Origin: Octopus sinensis
Taxonomy: Eukaryota
Assembly: GCF_006345805.1 (NCBI RefSeq)
Contig: NW_021835586.1
Span: 1 to 29,336 of the forward strand
Direction: 5' to 3'
Length of the DNA stretch: 29,336 bases
Shown: positions 1-10,544 of the stretch, one piece after another
How the letters are laid out: each line of letters begins with the position of its first letter
Position numbering within the stretch: position 1 is the stretch's first letter
Notes under the pieces: generated by a model
The model's database searches: none
Told to the model about the DNA's origin: nothing
The model's input: only the letters and a program-made list of their open reading frames with translations
Made by a program: the position numbers and the translations under genes

Positions 1-485
1 GTGTGATGGTGTGTATGTACATATATATGTGTATATATATTACATATATACATATATACATATGTTTATATATATATATTATATATATATATTACACATA
101 CATATATATATATATACGGTATAAATATTATATATATGCGCATGCTCAGTTTATTTTCTCCTTAGCTGTTCAACATATGGGTTTCATATTTTCCATGCAT
201 GCATACATATGGAACTGTATAACAGAAGCGAGAAGATCTATGGAAAGAAAAAGACAGAGAGAGATGGATGAGATAATCAGTTCGTATATCATGTAAATTT
301 ATCAAATAAAATGTTATAAAATAAAACAACGAAATAGCAGAAAGTGGAATTAAACGAAAATGAATTAACAACATGGCTTCCCATAATTTCGTTGATATAA
401 TAAAAATCAACAAAACTGGCGAATATTTTCAGTAATCTATTTATCAACTATGTATTCCTCCCTCTCCCCTTTCTTCTGCTCAGGA

Positions 486-648
486 TACATACATACATAC
501 ATACATACATACATACATACATACATACATACATACATACATACATACATACATAAATACGTACATACATACATATATGTATGTATGCATACTTACATAT
601 ATATATATATTGACATATATTGTTTTGTATAATCGTATATACATATAC

Positions 649-690
<42 letters not shown>
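486..690. repeat. (ATAC)n followed by (AT)n microsatellite
   Basis: Long pure ATAC run at 486-552 and AT run at ~660-690. Confidence 0.95.
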
Positions 691-693
<3 letters not shown>

Positions 694-1349
694 CAAGAAT
701 ACAGTCAAAGAGTATGAGAGGTGAATATATTTATTTAACCACTTGTCATCCATTGGACTTTTGGCGTTTCGTAAGCGTCCATCACGTAATAATAACTCCA
801 GTTTAAGTTATATATTTACATAACTTCAAGTTATATTATTTACATATCAGCAATAATGTGCACGCTGCGCATTATACAGTATAATTGTATATTTACAGAT
901 CAGTGCAGATAAAGGAAAAAAAACGCTAGCTCTTCAGATCAGCAGAACATCATGGTTACACCAACCCTTCAACGCTAATGTTGAATACATACATAATGTG
1001 TAGAGTATCAATACTAGATAAAATAAATATATTTTGTTTCATGTTAGTTAGTTATGATGGTGAGTCTAAGTAAAGAGAATCGTCTATCTTCGGTGTCGGC
1101 CAAATATTGCAGGAAGGGACAGGAGAGGCGGTAGTGTTGGGAAACTGAAGCACTTTAAAAAGGATATAAGAGTACATATATAAATACAATATAAAGGATT
1201 TTATAAGGAGCAGACAGTTGGAGATAGATGAGGTGTTGATAATATTTGTTTTGAAGCTCCATTTATAGAGTGATCCCAAGCACACAGATACAACCTGTCT
1301 TGTCTCAATTTTGTACTGAACTACGTTGAAGCGTCAAGTATCCAACTGG

Positions 1350-1361
1350 TGCGCATGCGCA
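1350..1361. promoter_or_regulatory. Perfect NRF1/EWG-type palindrome TGCGCATGCGCA
   Basis: Exact match to consensus YGCGCAYGCGCR in unique, non-microsatellite sequence. No TSS evidence. Confidence 0.3.
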
Positions 1362-1596
1362 AGGATCAGTAACGACAGTTTTTTTCAAATAGAGATACAC
1401 GGTCAGAAGAACTCAAAATGCTTTCTCCTCGATGATGTGTCGTAAAACCAAAACAATATTCGCACCTACGTAGAAACAAACATAATCAGTGGCATACTAA
1501 ACAAATACACGACCACACTCACACAGTTGTATCTTCTTACACTTAATAATTTGCATACAGACCACACAGAAACAAACAGTAATACATACAAATATA

Positions 1597-1787
<191 letters not shown>

Positions 1788-1857
1788 ATTACTTGGAAAT
1801 GGATGCGTGGCATTCAATCAAATATGCACATATATCATATATATATATATATATATA

Positions 1858-2335
1858 TACCATTCGATAAATTATACAAATTTCACATTTTATATCTCTG
1901 AAGAGCAGAAGAGTTATCTATAAATGCTTATCAAAATAGGATTCCATTATTTTATATTATTTAAGTCTAAAAAGTATATTTGGAATGCAGGAGAATATAA
2001 TGGATTTTATACATAATTATTAAGGATTAACGCAGAAGACTTACCAAGGAGGCATATATGGATTTCAAGACTCTCATACTAAAGTGTAATTACCAAAATC
2101 AAAAGCAGTAATTTTTAATTTATATTTCAAACAAACACCATTTTACAATGTTAGTTCATACTTTTAAAAAAACTACCATTCGATAAATTATACAAATTTC
2201 ACATTTTATATCTCTGAGGAGCAGAAGATTTGTCTATAAATGCTTATTAATATAGGATTCCATTACAGGGACAACACTTGTGTGAAACAATCGTAAGATG
2301 GTTTAAAAACTTAATTCGAAACTTTTAAACTGTCA
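1858..2335 (+). mobile_element. Penelope-like retroelement remnant: partial pLTR-like repeat, GIY-YIG C-terminal fossil, pLTR-like repeat
   Basis: 92-bp direct repeat 1858-1949 vs 2174-2265. Between them AGAAGACTTACCAAGGAGGCATAT-A-TGGATTTCAAGACTC reads RRLTKEAY/WISRL with one frameshift, like the R..KE.YWI..L end of Penelope GIY-YIG endonucleases. Both repeats carry a CUGANGA box. Confidence 0.6.
2210..2299 (+). ncRNA. Type I hammerhead ribozyme with minimal stem III and extended stem II
   Basis: Stem I ATCT(2210-13)/AGAT(2296-99); CTGAGGA 2214-20; stem II GCAGAAG...CTTGTGT; GAAAC 2284-88; AATC loop; GTA cleavage triplet 2293-95. Confidence 0.7.
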
Positions 2336-2490
2336 TATTTATTATTATATATTTATATTTATACATATTTACATATATTTATATATATATATATTTATAT
2401 TTCTAATACAACAATTATTCTACCCACGTATATATCTTTTTGAAGAATTTTTTAATATCGATTTCCTGATATTAATAACAATATATCATA

Positions 2491-2491
2491 C

Positions 2492-2526
<35 letters not shown>

Positions 2527-2807
2527 AAGTATATACATATGTTCATGTATATATAGATGTATGTGTGTGTTCATGTGTATGTTTGTGTGTCGAAAACAGG
2601 TATTATTCACAAAAGCAATTCCATCCCTTATAGTACACACGCATGCGCATAGACATACATACAAGCATATTGGATACATATGTATACATAGATACACATA
2701 CATGCATATATATAGATATATATATATATATATATATAATATATATATATATATATGTATTTATGTATGTATGTACGTATACGCATATATGTATAAATGT
2801 GTGTATG

Positions 2808-2850
<43 letters not shown>
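2491..2850. repeat. Mixed (AT)/(GT)/(ATGT) low-complexity tract
   Basis: Direct inspection. Confidence 0.9.
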
Positions 2851-2851
<1 letters not shown>

Positions 2852-3020
2852 AACTTACGTACCTGCTAAATACACGCATTCCATAGAATGTCAGGTTTGA
2901 GTTCCGATTTAATTGGATGCATAGATTCGGGTAAACTGAGACCACCTTAACAACAACAACATCCACCATTATCGCGACTCCAAACTTATCCTAAATGTCA
3001 TCGTGGACCCGTCAATCCAA

Positions 3021-3230
3021 TCGTCGTCGTCGTCATCGTCATCAACATCATCGTCGTCGTTATCATCTTCACCATCAACATTATCATCATCATTATCATC
3101 ATCATCATCATCATTATCATCATCATCCTCTTTGTCATTGTGTGTGTGTGTGTGTGTGCAGACGTTTGTGAGCGTGTGTGTGTTTGTTTCTATATATATA
3201 TTTATACATATATATACATATATATATACA
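3021..3230. repeat. (TCG/TCA)n, (GT)n and (AT)n microsatellites
   Basis: Direct inspection. Confidence 0.9.
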
Positions 3231-3232
3231 TA

Positions 3233-3408
3233 CAGGTAATCCCTCGCCATATTGCGGTTCACCTATCGCGCACTCACTCAGTACATCGCGGATTTTTCTG
3301 GCTAACATATGTAAATTTACATACTCCTCAGTATATCCGGGTTTGGTTTTAATTATTTCTATGGTAGGTTTTGGATCGTAACACCCGCAATAATCAAAGG
3401 GATTACTG
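3233..3408. mobile_element. ~176-bp MITE, Tc1/mariner-superfamily (Tigger/pogo-like) TIRs
   Basis: Left end TA|CAGGTAATCCCTCGCCATATTGCGG. Right end reverse complement CAGTAATCCCTTTGATTATTGCGGG. TA precedes the left TIR; the right flank reads TT. Confidence 0.7.
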
Positions 3409-3427
3409 TTTGTATACTTACAAGGTA

Positions 3428-3776
3428 TGGTGGCTGCCCCCTCGTTATCGAGTGTGGCCATTACACGAAGCTTAATCAATGTTGTTATCGTGCAATGCCT
3501 GTGCAAGAAGATTTATTTTAAAGTGAGGAAAGGCTGTGCACTGAGTCAATCCCACTCACTAAGCAACAGCAGCCATAATCCGAAAAGAAGAACAAGTCAA
3601 CATCATCGGTAACCACTGAGCCACAGGTTTTATGTCGGGGTTATCCCAGTTACCTGAGTCACCTTCTCCTAGAAGGATGCCCTAACAAAGGCTAGGAGTC
3701 CTTCACTCCCAATGGTTCAACCGCGCGATCGGGTATTCAGTCCGATTATTTCTATGTCCCTAATAAATGTCTTAAG
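3428..3776 (-). mobile_element. Non-autonomous RTE-like retroelement (RTE 5'UTR-like motif plus 3' stem-loop tail) with 12-bp TSD
   Basis: Exact TSD ACTTACAAGGTA at 3416-3427 and 3777-3788. Minus strand contains CTCCTAGCCTTTGTTAGGGCATCCTTCTAGGAGAAGG...AAACC, resembling the recalled RTE 5'UTR motif, and ends CTCG-ATAA-CGAG-GGGGCAGCCACCA. Confidence 0.65.
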
Positions 3777-3820
3777 ACTTACAAGGTACACACATATAAA
3801 TACACACACTCGTATACACA

Positions 3821-3866
<46 letters not shown>

Positions 3867-3989
3867 ACACATACACACACAAAATCTTTCAACCAGACTG
3901 GTCAAAGCAACACCGACCAAAAGACATGGGGAAAAGACATGAAAGAAGAGTCTAAAGTCGCATATTGCAGACGACAAGGATTAAAATTT

Positions 3990-4517
3990 TTGTTTTTACT
4001 ATTTTAGATGAGCAGCACAGCCTTTTACTGATGGCAGTCAGTCCATCTACTGTATGGCTTGGGGGCAGACCCTTGTTCAAAAGATCGTCATTGATCTGAA
4101 CAGCTCGGTCGGAACGCGGAGAGTCTGTGAGATCGAATTTTCTATCCTTGAAACGTAAATACGATTTCTTTGCAGTTTAGCGCTTACTCCGAACAGTAAA
4201 AAAGTCTCTTGTAAAACTTTGGACGTTTTGGAAACATGATTCTAAATAAAGACAAGCAGGTATTAAAAATGCTACCCTTTTTTTTTTTTTTGGGGCTTGG
4301 CACTCTATCGTCGTTTCTCTGGAAAGACGTAAAATTTTTTTTCAAATTTCCAAAGACGATAATAAAATTTGTGGAGGAAGAGAACAGAAACAAAATAAAG
4401 CATAAAAACGAAAACCATTGAATACTATGATGAAAATACTTGCCATGTTAATTCAATTAATATTGGAAAGGGTGAAAATAAACGGGGAAAAACCGAATTC
4501 AGCCTACGACCCAACAT
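3990..4517 (-). mobile_element. Mariner transposon fossil (5' end and N-terminal transposase)
   Basis: Minus strand ~4176-4072 translates TAKKSYLRFKDRKFDLTDSPRSDRAVQINDDLLNK, resembling the mariner W..RFK.G.FDL.D.PRSGRP motif. Possible TIR remnant at ~4490-4517. Confidence 0.65.
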
Positions 4518-4585
4518 GCCTGCCTGCTTGTCTGTCCGTCTGCCTGTCTGCCTGCCTGCCTGTCCGTCCGTCCGTCCGTCCGTCC

Positions 4586-4621
<36 letters not shown>

Positions 4622-4717
4622 GCCTGCCTGCCTGCCTGCCTGTCCGTCTGTCCGTCCGTCCGTCCGTCCGTCCGTCTGTCTGTCTGTCTGTCTGTTTGTC
4701 CGTCCGTCCGTCCGTCC

Positions 4718-4749
<32 letters not shown>

Positions 4750-4809
4750 GCCTGCCTGCCTGTCTGTCTGTCTGTCTGTCTGTCCGTCCGTCCGTCCGTC
4801 CGTCCGTCC

Positions 4810-4844
<35 letters not shown>

Positions 4845-4877
4845 CGTCCGTCCGTCCGTCCGTCCGTCCGTCCGTCC

Positions 4878-4912
<35 letters not shown>
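4516..4912. repeat. Compound (GTCT)/(GTCC)/(GCCT)n tetranucleotide microsatellite
   Basis: Direct inspection; explains the four overlapping ORFs here. Confidence 0.95.
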
Positions 4913-5027
4913 AATTTTATTATGTATTTTGACTACCATACAACAGCAGCTATAGTTACGTATTGATGCGCTACAAGACAAAAAAGATGGCATTACTCAA
5001 ACTAACTCACAAACTATATATACATAT

Positions 5028-5212
5028 ATTTGGGGGAGGGGGCCAGTCGATTAGAGCGACCCCAGTACGCAACTGGAACTTAATTTATCGACCCCGAAAG
5101 AATGAAAGGTAAAGTCGACCTCGGCGGAATTTGAACTCAGGACGTAAAGGCAGACGAAATACCGCAAAACATTTCACCCGGCGTGCTAACGTTTCTGCCA
5201 GCTCGCCGACTT
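5028..5212 (-). mobile_element. SINE family A copy
   Basis: Reverse complement of the element at 9647/12111 (GGCGAGCTGGCAGAAACGTTAGCACGCCGGG...GAGTTCAAATTCCGCCGAGGTCGACTTT.CCTTTCAT). Confidence 0.9.
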
Positions 5213-5333
5213 TGCGTTACGGAAGTATTAGTGTAATAATTCATAGATGTATGTGACGTTGGCATATTAGTGTAAAATTGATGGAAGTGACTTAGAAGCA
5301 TTGGCGTAAAAACTGGTTGATACATGTAACATG

Positions 5334-5644
5334 TGGAGGCGCAATGGCCCAGTGGTTAGGGCAGCGGACTCGCGGTCGTAGGATCGCGGTTTCGATTCCC
5401 AGACAGGGCATTGTGAGTGTTTATTGAGCAAAAACACCTAAAAGCTCCACGAGGCTCCGGAAGGGGGTGGTGGTGATCCTTGCTGTACTCTTTCGCTACA
5501 ACTTTCTCTCATTCTTCCTTCTGTTAGCCTGCTCGCTTAGCCAGCGGGGTGGTGTCATTTGAAGGCTAAAACAATGCGAAGTGCATTGTGACCAGCGATG
5601 TGTAGCAACATCTGATAGCTTGGTCGGTCACGGTGATCACGGTG
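5334..5644 (+). mobile_element. Full-length tRNA(Arg-like)-headed SINE family C with 12-bp TSD
   Basis: A-box TGGCCCAGTGG, B-box-like GTTTCGATTCC, tail TCACGGTGA x2. TSD ACATGTAACATG at 5322-5333 and 5645-5656. Confidence 0.9.
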
Positions 5645-6689
5645 ACATGTAACATGGAAATGGATTGGTTATTAGCGAAGTGTACTTAAAACAAAGATGC
5701 GTATAAAAATTCGTTGATGCATGGGACGTAGAAATATTTCCATTTCAAGCGGAGGTAGATTATTATCTGTCCCAAGAATTCACTATCTTTTCTGTTTTCC
5801 ATTTTTTTCTTTTTTTATATATATTTTTTTGAGTAGTAATAGCTTTGTATTAGTGAATATAGAATTTTTGGTTATCTCCGAGATAGAATCTCTCTTTGGA
5901 TCGTTGCCGTAGTGGTCGCTTAAAATAGCCTGGAAAACGTTTTCGCTTAAGTACATGTCTCTATCAACTAATTAATTTTAAAGAGTTGCATTCGATTAGA
6001 AGCTCCTGGTTGTTTGGGAAGCTTTTTATTACATTTTTGGCGAATTTTTTTTTTTCATTCAGGATTCCTTCGCTACACAACATCTCTCCCGCTTCTTTTC
6101 CAAGTAAAGCGAATAATACGACGAAGGTTCTTTCCCTGAAATTAAAAGCTTTTTACTTTTGTCTATTTGTCTTGAAGAACTAAATCTGAAGCCCAATAAT
6201 AAATTGCGTTCGTTTGGCTTTAATCGCTAAATAAATAAAAGCAAATATCCGAGTAACAGCCATCAACGGAGAAAATAAAAATAAAAACTTTAAACTATTC
6301 CCATTAAAAGCCTAAATAATCGATTAGGATTTTTTTTCCTTCTGTGTTTTTGACTTTATCAATTACGAGCGAAAAAATAAAATGCATTATATTTTTTTCT
6401 TTGTTTTTTCATCATTACCGAAATCCCTTGGCCCTTCTTTGAATTACTGTCATTAAAAACAAATTTATCTTAATTTATAATTAAAAATAGCTCGCAGTAC
6501 ATATGTTTTAAACATATTTTATGTTGACATAAAGCGAGGTTTTTTTTAAAAGAACGCATGCACCGCATTTCTTAAATAACCAAACTATAAATTCTCAAAA
6601 TGTTTAACTCCTTGAGGCGACAAACAGTCAAGAAATATTTTAAAACGCCAAAGAAATATTCCTGGATTTAACTTTACAAGTCAATAAGA

Positions 6690-6886
6690 ATGGTATTTTC
6701 AAATTTTGGCACAAGGCCAACGATTTCAGGGGAGGGGTCAGTCGATTCTGTCAAACCCCGTACTCAACTGAAAAGATTGAAAGGCAATGTTCACCTCAAC
6801 AGTATATAAACTCAGAGTATAAGGACGGATGAAATGCTACTAAATATTTTGTCCGGCGTGCTAACGATTCTGCCAGCCGGCAGCCT
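6690..6886 (-). mobile_element. SINE family A copy (diverged)
   Basis: Homology to other A copies; head ...CGGCGTGCTAACGATTCTGCCAGC on the plus strand. Confidence 0.85.
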
Positions 6887-6888
6887 GG

Positions 6889-6938
<50 letters not shown>

Positions 6939-6939
6939 C

Positions 6940-7135
6940 TTTTCTAATACAGGCAAATGGCCTGAAATTTGGCGGGAGGAGGCCAGTCGATTACATCGAT
7001 CCCAGTACGCGACTGATACTAAATTTATCGACCCCTAAAGGGACCTCGGTGGAATTTGAATTCAGAACGTAATGACGGGCGAAATACCACTAGGCATTTC
7101 GCCCAGCGCGCTAACGATTCTGCCAGATCGCTGCC

Positions 7136-7138
<3 letters not shown>
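6940..7138 (-). mobile_element. SINE family A copy between (AAT)n tracts
   Basis: Homology to other A copies; flanked by AAT runs at 6889-6938 and 7138-7316. Confidence 0.85.
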
Positions 7139-7212
<74 letters not shown>

Positions 7213-7248
7213 GATGATGATGATGATGATAATAATAATAACAACAAC

Positions 7249-7316
<68 letters not shown>

Positions 7317-7318
<2 letters not shown>

Positions 7319-7548
7319 TAATATCAGAAGACATTAAGACGAATATAAAGGAAAGTGGAATAGAGAGCCCAGTAGAACTGTTACAAAAGGTTTGCCTCCT
7401 TGGCACGGCCAGAATAATTAGGAAAGTATCAGATAGCTGAAAAGAACGAATAGCATGGTACCGTAGGCTGCAGGTCATAAGCCCGCTAAACATACACGAC
7501 TCCAGGAGTTCCAACAAAACCCGTGATAAACAGAAAATAATGTTCTAA
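7317..7548 (+). mobile_element. R4/Dong-clade (RLE) non-LTR retrotransposon 3' end
   Basis: Translates VELLQKVCLLGTARIIRKVSDS* (stop 7438-7440), the characteristic LQK..LLGTA.I.RKV terminus. Abuts a long (AAT)n tract. Confidence 0.8.
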
Positions 7549-7804
7549 TGTAAACATGGCATATCAACATGGTGCTTACGCTCTGAGGATAGTTGAGATC
7601 TTTCGCTTTCAGCTGTGAATAAATACATGCAAACATACATTCATACATACATAAATACACATACATACATACATATGTTTTATATATATCATGCGAATAG
7701 CAGCTGCGTATGAGGAGAGATAATCTCAAGGATCTAAGTGTTATTCAAAATCAACATGGACAGTAAATGGACAGAGGACAGGCTTTTGTCTGGCGATCAG
7801 ACGA

Positions 7805-7850
7805 CAGTTGTGTTACGTGTTTCTGCTTTTATAGACGTCATCAGTACAAC
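7805..7850 (-). ncRNA. Decayed hammerhead ribozyme motif
   Basis: Minus strand: GTTGTA-CTGATGA-14 nt-GAAAC-AC-GTA-ACACAAC. Stems I and II imperfect. Confidence 0.4.
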
Positions 7851-8227
7851 ATCTGTCTACACGTGTTGATAATTTTTTGTAATAAAAAAAACCTATTTTA
7901 AGTATCTATATTTGCTCGAGTTGTTCAAATAAATGCCATTCAATTATACGTATCGATAATGTGCGTATCCATATATACATTTATACATACATTCAGATAG
8001 AAAATAGGTAAACAGAGAGAGAGAGAGATTTATCGAAAGCGTATATTGTTAAAAGCACGAAATACGAGTGTAGAAAAACAGCGAACAACTAATGAAGGGT
8101 CGTTCTTTATGTCGTTTGTCTTGTTTTCCCTTTTGTGTTTTTCGTTGTCCGAAAAAATAGTTCATATTCCATGTACTGGGTACTTCGTATTTTTTGTTGT
8201 ACACTTTGTGACGTTCTGTTGCCCCCC

Positions 8228-8310
8228 ATATATATATAGATATATATATATATAGATATATATATATAATATATATATATATATATTATTATATATATAT
8301 ATATTATATA

Positions 8311-8352
<42 letters not shown>

Positions 8353-8577
8353 ATTATATATATACTATATATATATATCGTTTATAATAAGTATATTATA
8401 TATGTATATATATATATATATATATATAACATATATATATATGTATAGATGTAAGCATGTACATATGCGCATGTATATGTGCATATATATATATTATTTA
8501 TATTATTACATCTACATATACTTATGCACACACATATACACACATACTACATACAGACAGATAGATACATACATACA

Positions 8578-8606
<29 letters not shown>
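8228..8606. repeat. (AT)n / (ATAC)n microsatellite tract
   Basis: Direct inspection. Confidence 0.9.
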
Positions 8607-8608
<2 letters not shown>

Positions 8609-9074
8609 GGACGAACGGATGGTTGGCTGGCTTGTTGGCTGAATGTATGGATGGATTAAAAAAACAGTCTATAATTTTCTTTTCTGTATTCTGAAAGCTT
8701 CTTAAAATTATTTTTAAAATCGACAAACTTCTAGAGCTTCTTAAGATGTTAACAGCAGGATGAAAGATCCTCATATTTGAGGTCAATTTCGAAATTGTAA
8801 AACGCCCAAAGAATATTTCCCAATTTAACTTCGCAATTTTTTATTTTGTTTGGTTTGGTTCCGTTTTTGTTCGTTTTCGTTTTGTTTTTGGTTGTTGTTT
8901 TTTTTTCATACCAATAATCGTCGAGTAATTTTAGGAAGCTGCTTCAGCCTCAAGGATGGTTAGAGTAAAGGGAAAAAGGGAAACAGACAAACAGAATTAT
9001 AGAATATTTTTTTTTAAATGTTACTCTAATTGAAAATATTATATCATATACTTGAGTAGAAAAATCAGAAATAC

Positions 9075-9265
9075 TGGTTTCAAATTTTGGTACAAGGTGA
9101 GGAAGGGGTCCAATCGATTTTATCCTCCTCAGTGATAAACTAGTACTTTTTTTATCGATCACGAAATTGTGAAAAGCAAAGTCGACCTCGGCGTAATTTC
9201 AACTCAAATGAGAAGCCGGAAGAAATGCCGCTGGCATTTTGTCCATTCCGGTAACGATTCTGTCT
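9075..9265 (-). mobile_element. SINE family A copy (diverged)
   Basis: GCAAAGTCGACCTCGGCG core and TGGTTTCAAATTTTGGTACAAGG tail. Confidence 0.8.
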
Positions 9266-9282
9266 ATTATTATTATTATTAC

Positions 9283-9324
<42 letters not shown>

Positions 9325-9375
9325 CATCATTATTATTATTATTGCTGCTGCTACCACTACTACTACTATTATTAT

Positions 9376-9482
9376 TCTGAGGTCGATTTTGCCCTTTATC
9401 CATTGGGATTGATAAAATAAATATCAGTTGGAACGATCCCCTCCCCAAACAGGCTGCCCTTGTGGCAAACATTGAAAACATA
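9376..9482 (+). mobile_element. 5'-truncated SINE family A copy
   Basis: GAGGTCGATTTTGCCCTTTATCC...GCCCTTGTGGCAAACATTGAAA, between (ATT)n tracts. Confidence 0.75.
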
Positions 9483-9580
9483 TTAATTATTATTATTATT
9501 TTATAGTATTATTATATTTATTATATTATTATATTATACTTATTCTTCTTATCATTATATCATTATTATTATTATCATTA

Positions 9581-9627
<47 letters not shown>

Positions 9628-9646
9628 TATTATATATTATATTTAT

Positions 9647-10056
9647 TAAGGCGGCGAGCTGGCAGAAACGCTAGCACGCCGGGCAAAATGGTTAGCGGTA
9701 TTTCGTCTGCCGCTACGTTCTGAGTTCAAATTCCGCCGAGGTCGACTTTACCTTTCATCCTTTCGGAGTCGATTAAATAAGTACCAGTTACAAACTGGGG
9801 TCGATATAATCGACTTAATCCGTTTGTCTGTCCTTGTTTGTCCTCACTGTGTTTAGTCCCTTGTGGGTAGTAAAGAAATAGGTATTTCGCCCGAAGCTAC
9901 ATTTTGAGTTCAAATACCGCTCAGGTCGATTTAATCTTTCATCTTTTCCGGTGTCGATAAAATAAATACCAGTGAAACACTAGGGCCGGTGTAATCAACT
10001 AATCTACTTCCCCCCACAAAAAAAATTGCTGCCCTTGTGGCAAAATTTGAAACCAT
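9647..10056 (+). mobile_element. SINE family A, full copy plus internally re-started second unit
   Basis: TAAGGCGGCGAGCTGGCAGAA head; tail AAAGAAATA at 9880 is joined to GGTATTTCG (internal restart); second unit ends TTTGAAACCA. Confidence 0.9.
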
Positions 10057-10440
10057 TATTAATATTATTATTATCATCATCATCATCCTTATTATTATTG
10101 GTTTTGTTGTTATTGTTGTTGTCTTCTTGTAATTGTTGTTGTTCCTGCTGTTTTTACTGCCGACTGAAAATCGGCAGAATCTTTCAAAACTAGCGCTAGC
10201 GTTGAGAGAGACGCCATTACTTTTTTTTATTCCCCCTTTTAAAACATATGTCTTGCTATAAAATATTCTTGTTGATTTTTCTCATTTGCTTTGTTTGTGA
10301 ATATTTTATTTTTTTTCACTTTTTTTAAGAGGAGCGTCACTATTATATCTCGCAGCCATTTTGTTTACATATGCAGACAAACGATAAAAAAAATATAATT
10401 TCTCTAAAAAGTACTCAAGCGGACACATATTTGCGCAATC

Positions 10441-10463
10441 ATAATATATATATATTTTATATA

Positions 10464-10544
<81 letters not shown>

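Noticed and set aside
1052-1144. Possible minus-strand terminal exon after acceptor TGCTTCAG
   Set aside because: Short frames with no recognisable domain and no phase-consistent upstream exon.
2859-2990. Possible minus-strand exon with donor CAG|GTACGT or TAC|GTAAGT
   Set aside because: Weak acceptor; the single open frame is unrecognisable and cannot be linked to other exons. Not excluded as a lncRNA exon.
3422-3498. Apparent minus-strand exon (acceptor TTGCACAG, donor GTAAGT)
   Set aside because: The donor lies in the TSD and the body is the 3' end of the retroelement at 3428-3776.
5335-5410. tRNA gene
   Set aside because: It is a SINE head: no proper acceptor stem, continues into a repeated body, and is TSD-flanked.
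5790-6136. Possible minus-strand exon after TTTAATTTCAG
   Set aside because: Needs a frameshift to extend; no recognisable homology.
7583-7620. CTGAGGA plus hairpin as a hammerhead
   Set aside because: Followed by GAAT rather than GAAA; no stem I or III.
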